NCBI GenBank assembly: GCA_001662655.1
Contig: KV460223.1
Length of the DNA: 64,000 bases
Source of the DNA: Pseudogymnoascus verrucosus
Lineage: Eukaryota
Strand: one strand, 5' to 3'
Each line of letters opens with the position of its first letter. Position 1 is the stretch's first letter. Below are positions 59,060 to 64,000 of the stretch, one piece after another. The translations under genes were made by a program, and so were the position numbers. The notes below the pieces were generated by a model. That model made no database searches and was not told where the DNA came from. It was given only the letters and a program-made list of their open reading frames with translations.

Positions 59060-59788
59060 TTATGGCGCCGATGGTATATCGACACGCATGAACATGCCAA
59101 CATGGGGAATCCCAGCTTCCGTCCACCTTCCCATCTTCTCGTCCTCCTTGAACCCCCACCTCGCCCATGTTTTCGCAACATACTCCTGTGCGTGAATACA
59201 GATCAAGCCATTCCATGCCGTCATCGCTCCTGGCAATTCAGCGCCTGATTCATCTATCGCCCCAGATACATCAAAGGCTGTTGGGTTCTCCTTGGTCCAG
59301 GCAATGGCAGACCTAACAAGCTGACCAGCGATGCCCTTTCCTCTATACTCCTCCATCACAGCCATCCGTCCAAGCTTGACGTAAGCTTCCCTTCCATCAT
59401 GGAAAGTCGTTGCTCTGTCCACAATCCAAGGTCTCGGCTCCGCTATCAGCTCGTTTCCGGTAACATTTTCTGGCAGGTCGAAGGATGATCCAGGTAGCGG
59501 ATGGGCCTCGTGTGGGAACGGAACCAGGCGAAGATTGCCGACTGGAAAGCGAGTGCCGTCCTCACCTAATGCATACGCAACCCAGTGATAGGATCGACAA
59601 TCGTCAGAATCGCCTTCCAGAAGAAGAGGGATATTTTGGCCCTTGACGAATACCTCTTCTCTCACTGCCATGCAGTCGAGGAAGGACTTGGGAATGTTGT
59701 GTGCTTGGTCAGCTGCTGGCACGCTTCGGTCGTACTTGTCCAGGTTTAATGGCCGCTGGAGCGTGATTTGGATATCTGACGACGACAT
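59060..59788 (-). CDS. GNAT-family acetyltransferase (ElaA/YjcF-like)
   Basis: DCMAVREEVFVKGQNIP..E.D.DD.RSYHWV, PVGNLRLVP, YVKLGRMAVMEEYRGKGIA (acetyl-CoA motif A), IHAQ, W.EAGIPHVGM. Confidence 0.9.
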   Translation of the reverse strand: MSSSDIQITLQRPLNLDKYDRSVPAADQAHNIPKSFLDCMAVREEVFVKGQNIPLLLEGDSDDCRSYHWVAYALGEDGTRFPVGNLRLVPFPHEAHPLPGSSFDLPENVTGNELIAEPRPWIVDRATTFHDGREAYVKLGRMAVMEEYRGKGIAGQLVRSAIAWTKENPTAFDVSGAIDESGAELPGAMTAWNGLICIHAQEYVAKTWARWGFKEDEKMGRWTEAGIPHVGMFMRVDIPSAP

Positions 59789-60882
59789 TCTGAGAGCTAT
59801 CTGCCAATATATGAGGGTATATGGGAATGGGTGTGTCCTAGGGTCTCTATCTATCGAGGGGCAGAGAGACTCTATGCCGATGGCTGAAAGTCCAATCACC
59901 CAAAATTAATAGTTCTAGGTGAAGGTCCAAGTAAATGACAGTCGGGGACGGTAACAGTATATACAATAAATAACAAGAAAGAGAATCCGACTACTTCAAG
60001 GACGATAAGGAAAGAAGAAGGTGAGAATGAACATGATAAAGTTAGTACAGTAACAGGGCGCATTCACGGGAAATACGATCAGCCTTGTTTGCCCCACTCA
60101 CTAGTTGAGTTATATATATTTTCTGCCACCACATGGGCTTCCTGGGACACCAAACGGAGATGGCGGTGAGAAGCGCTTAACTGTGTAGCGGTGTACCTGG
60201 CCATCATACCTTTCAGCCTTCCCATTTATCAAAACATCGATGAAACTGAGGACAAGCAAACATGAATACGCCACACGTGTTCTTTATTAATCATGAAGGC
60301 GGCGGCTAGCTCAGGCTGGGCATGTAGAAAGTGCATACCCCGTAGAGCGTTTTATATGAGACTCGCCGAGAAATAACCGCCTTACTAGCTACGCGCTGAG
60401 GGTGGCGGGGCTGGTTGTGTATGAATACGTGTACTTATAAACCGTATGTTCAACCAAAGCTGTCCAGATACTGACTGTTGCGGTTAGTAACTGATGGAGC
60501 TTTTATAACATATGAGTATATTGAGAACTACATTTTGATATTTGTTCAATTTGATGTCTCAAACAAACACAAAAGGCGTGATACATAATTCCCACATGCG
60601 GCCGATCAATGCAAGGCTACCGCTGCGTCGCTTACATAAATTTACCAAATGCCAACCCCAAAGGTGACAAAGTGACAAAGTGTCCTCTTTATAAACTTTA
60701 TTTCCTCAACGAGGATACATATCCCTTGAGCTAGTCTACTATTAAACACCAAATAAAACTGCTAGAAGCCAGTTGTCGAAAGACCACATGTCATAGCTGG
60801 CAAAAACCTACATATACACCGCCCCGTCATTGCCACGGCAGCTTCACTCACCCACCAGTTTGCCAACACCCCTCCAACAATC

Positions 60883-63800
60883 ATGGCGTTAGCCTCGCGG
60901 CGGTCTTCCGGCATGGCCTTTTCAAATCTCTCTGCGATATTATGTCTGTTTTGGATTTTTGCCTCTACCGCATTGGCCGCAAATGCGGTCGTTGGCATCG
61001 ACTTCGGCACTGAGTACATCAAGGCTGCGCTGGTTAAGCCCGGCATTCCTCTCGACATCGTGTTAACGAAAGACGCACGACGCAAGGAGCTCTCCGCGGT
61101 CACCTTCAAGCCTATCAAAAATGCGCCGGAAGGCTCCTACCCCGAGCGACTGTACGGATCAGATGCGAACGCATTGTCGGCTAGATTTCCTGGTGACGTC
61201 TACCCAAACCTCAAAGCCATTCTCGGTCTGCCGGTCAGCGACCCCAGAGTCGCCGAGTACTCTGCACGCTACCCAGCCCTGGTTATCGAAGAAGAGAAGA
61301 CCAGAGGGACCTGCGAATTCCGCAGCGAGGCCTTTACAACCAAGCAGGATCCTTGGATGGTCGAAGAGCTATTGGCAATGGAATTTCAAAGCATAAAGAG
61401 GAACGCCGAGGAGATGGCAGGCAAGGGTAGCTCGATCAGGGATGTAGTTATTACGGTCCCAACGTATTTCGATACGGAAGAGAAGAGGGCCATTGAGCTT
61501 GCCGCAGATCTGGCAGGCCTGCGGATATTATCACTCATCAGCGATGGCCTTGCTGTTGGACTCAACTACGCAACATCTCGCACATTCCCAAGCATCACAG
61601 ACGGCGCGCAACCGGAACACCATCTGATATTTGACATGGGAGCCGGGTCGACCAAAGCTACAATTATCAAGTTCCAGGGCCGAACAATCAAGGACGGGAG
61701 GAAATCCAACAAAACCATTCAGGAGGTTCAAGTTGTTGGGGCTGGATGGGATAGGACCCTTGGTGGTGACGCCCTTAACGCCATAATCGTGGATGACATT
61801 GTGGCCCAATTTGTTGAGTCGAAGAAGGCAAAGGCCGCATCGATCTCGGCCGAGTCTGTACACCGCCAAGGCCGCGCCACTGCGATGTTATGGAAGCAAG
61901 CTGAGAAGTTGAGACAAGTTCTAAGCGCAAACGCAGAGAGCCAAACAGGCTTCGAGGGACTTTATGACGATATTGACTTCAAATACAAACTGACACGTAC
62001 CGATTTTGAGAAGCTTGCCTCCAGCCATGCTGATAGAGTAGCACCTACGATTAAGATGGCTCTGGAAAGGGCCAAGCTCGAGTTGTCCGATATTGATTCT
62101 ATCATTCTGCACGGCGGTGCTACTCGCACTCCCTTTGTCCAGAAGGAATTGGAGCTTTTGGTTGGCAAGTCCGACAAGCTGAGAAGCAATGTCAATTCAG
62201 ATGAATCTGCCGTTCTCGGTGCCGCATTCAGGGGCGCTGGACTTAGCCCCAGTTTCCGTGTCAAGGACATCAGAACATACGAAGCTGCAGGATACGCTGT
62301 CAGCATGCAGTGGACGAACATCAACCTCAAGCTCCAAAAGCAGCGCCTGTACACTCCCCAGTCGCACCTTGGCGCTGAGAAAGTAGTCTCTTTCCAGAAC
62401 TTGGAAGATTTCGATGTTCATTTCTATCAGCATATCGATAATGCCGGAGAAGGTACATTCTCGGGAGAGAGAGAGCTCGTTAAGCTAGCTACCAAGAACC
62501 TCACGGCAACTGTTGCAGAGCTGAAGGACAACCGCGGGTGTGAAGCTACCGACATCGTTACCAAGTTTGGCGTTCGCCTGAATGTCCTTAACGGCGAAGT
62601 TGAAATTACCGGAGCCACCGCACAGTGTGAGGTTGATGAAGACCCGAATGCAGGAGGCGTTGTTGATGGTGTTAAGGGCCTATTCGGCTTTGGTGCCAAG
62701 AAGAGCGATCAGGATATCTTCGAAGACGCTGAAATCGTGTCAGATGCCGAGACGTCCACCGAGAGCTCCACCACGACCTCTACTGCTAAGAAATCATCGA
62801 CATCTTCAGGTGCAGCCGCTTCTTCGGCCGCCGCTGATGCCAAGCCTAAGAAGCGCCTAGTTGCAATTCCTTTGGACTTCGAGCTCGTGAAGAAGGGATA
62901 CCCTGCACTACCTGCGGAGGTCCTGTTCAACAAGAAGGAGAGACTTGTTGCTTTCGATGATTCGGACCACGTTCGGAAGCAGCAGGAAGAGGCGCTCAAC
63001 CAACTGGAGGGCTACACTTATCGCGTTCGTGACCTATTGACCGACGATGCTTTCATTGGAGCATCGACTGAAGCTGAGCGCAAGCCTCTGGCCGACCTCG
63101 CTGAGGCTATCGGCGACTGGCTGTATGAAGAAGGCACAGGAGCTACCCGTGAGGTTCTGAAGGCCAAACTCGGCGAAATGAAGGCAATCGTCAACCCAAT
63201 TGAGCGTCGGAAGGACGAAGCGGCGAAACGCCCAGAACAGATCAAGAATCTTAAGGAGTCTTTGGATAGCGCTGAGTCAGTGATCAAGTTGGTGAAGGAG
63301 AAGATTGTCGAGCAGGCCGACTTCTTGTCGTCGGTAGCATTAAGACCTACTCCTTCCGAGACCTCAACCGAATCATCGACTACAGCTGAGCCATCGACTG
63401 AGACTGATGGAACTGAGGAAGATAACACTACGGCCGAAGCTGAGACTACAACCGAATCTTCCGAGGCCCCATTGCCAACCTTGCCACCTACATCGTTCAC
63501 CCAGGAGGATCTCGATGTGTTGGAGTCTCTTCACAAGGCGACATCGGATTGGTTCACAAAGAAGCTTGCTGAACAGGAGGCCCTTAAGGTTACTGACGAC
63601 CCAGTTCTACTCGTGAAGGAGATGGCCAAGAAGGCGAACGAGATCAGCCAAGCAGGAATGGAGATGGTCATGAAGGGCATGAAGGGTCCTGAGCTACCCA
63701 AGGTTTCGTCCAGCAAGACCTCGAAAACCAAGAAGCCCAAGACTTCGAAGACGAAGAAGTCGAAGAAGACAAAGTCTACGTCTACTGAGGCAGCGGAGGG

Positions 63801-63918
63801 AACTGGTGAGGCTAAGGAGTTTGATATGCCGACTGAGGAGGAGATTTTGGAGGCTGTCAGGATTAAGGAGGAGAAGGAGGCGAAGGAGAAGAAGGGAACA
63901 TATAAGGATGAGTTATAG
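60883..63918 (+). CDS. LHS1: ER-lumenal Hsp70-family nucleotide exchange factor Lhs1/GRP170
   Basis: Signal peptide, VGIDFGTEYIKAALVKPGIPLDIVLTKDARRK, DMGAGST, TLGGD, ILHGGATRTPFVQ, NVNSDESAVLGA, and C-terminal KDEL. Confidence 0.97.
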   Translation: MALASRRSSGMAFSNLSAILCLFWIFASTALAANAVVGIDFGTEYIKAALVKPGIPLDIVLTKDARRKELSAVTFKPIKNAPEGSYPERLYGSDANALSARFPGDVYPNLKAILGLPVSDPRVAEYSARYPALVIEEEKTRGTCEFRSEAFTTKQDPWMVEELLAMEFQSIKRNAEEMAGKGSSIRDVVITVPTYFDTEEKRAIELAADLAGLRILSLISDGLAVGLNYATSRTFPSITDGAQPEHHLIFDMGAGSTKATIIKFQGRTIKDGRKSNKTIQEVQVVGAGWDRTLGGDALNAIIVDDIVAQFVESKKAKAASISAESVHRQGRATAMLWKQAEKLRQVLSANAESQTGFEGLYDDIDFKYKLTRTDFEKLASSHADRVAPTIKMALERAKLELSDIDSIILHGGATRTPFVQKELELLVGKSDKLRSNVNSDESAVLGAAFRGAGLSPSFRVKDIRTYEAAGYAVSMQWTNINLKLQKQRLYTPQSHLGAEKVVSFQNLEDFDVHFYQHIDNAGEGTFSGERELVKLATKNLTATVAELKDNRGCEATDIVTKFGVRLNVLNGEVEITGATAQCEVDEDPNAGGVVDGVKGLFGFGAKKSDQDIFEDAEIVSDAETSTESSTTTSTAKKSSTSSGAAASSAAADAKPKKRLVAIPLDFELVKKGYPALPAEVLFNKKERLVAFDDSDHVRKQQEEALNQLEGYTYRVRDLLTDDAFIGASTEAERKPLADLAEAIGDWLYEEGTGATREVLKAKLGEMKAIVNPIERRKDEAAKRPEQIKNLKESLDSAESVIKLVKEKIVEQADFLSSVALRPTPSETSTESSTTAEPSTETDGTEEDNTTAEAETTTESSEAPLPTLPPTSFTQEDLDVLESLHKATSDWFTKKLAEQEALKVTDDPVLLVKEMAKKANEISQAGMEMVMKGMKGPELPKVSSSKTSKTKKPKTSKTKKSKKTKSTSTEAAEGTGEAKEFDMPTEEEILEAVRIKEEKEAKEKKGTYKDEL

Positions 63919-64000
63919 AAGTAGTAAATAATCCCCATGCCACGACACAGCTGCCTGGGCATGTTAGAAGTAGTAAATGTATACCATGACACACGATTAC

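Noticed and set aside
60200..60880. Possible UPR element upstream of LHS1 (e.g. CCACACGTG, CCACATGTCA)
   Set aside because: Matches are short and degenerate and cannot be told from chance without conservation data.
33085..63918. Apparent clustering of ER/secretory genes (Chs7-like, PMT2, Rab, LHS1)
   Set aside because: They are interspersed with unrelated housekeeping genes over 30 kb; no evidence of a functional cluster.

Overview
A eukaryotic window from a filamentous ascomycete. Short GT-AG introns with CTAAC/CTGAC branch points show this directly; a Leotiomycete-like placement is only an impression. There are about 23 protein-coding genes, mostly housekeeping: alkaline ceramidase, cytochrome b5, RPL10, OMA1, a C2H2 transcription factor, SSL1, a Chs7-family chaperone, an MFS sugar porter, PMT2, a Rab GTPase, a GRE2-like reductase, an F-box protein, an HSF/Sfl1-type factor, LSC2, a GNAT and LHS1. 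The most unusual part is 19.1-24.5 kb. An 11-exon, ~1204-aa gene that the ORF track shows only as fragments encodes an intron-split HExxH zincin-like motif, four possibly exon-duplicated ~90-aa modules and a G/Q-rich tail resembling Sup35 repeats. The last 88 codons of that tail are interrupted by five in-frame stops consistent with CAG/CAA->TAG/TAA changes (RIP-like), right beside a 536-bp non-autonomous hAT element with TIRs and an 8-bp TSD. Other hidden signals are a spliced 8-Cys hydrophobin-like gene with atypical spacing, a sugar transporter with a long AUG-less in-frame N-terminal extension (candidate AUU start), a soluble cytochrome b5 ending in PTS1 (AKL), and an SSL1 lacking its C-terminal zinc domain (possibly an assembly artefact). 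No tRNA, rRNA or CRISPR was recognised. All gene models were spliced by eye and no database searches were run.
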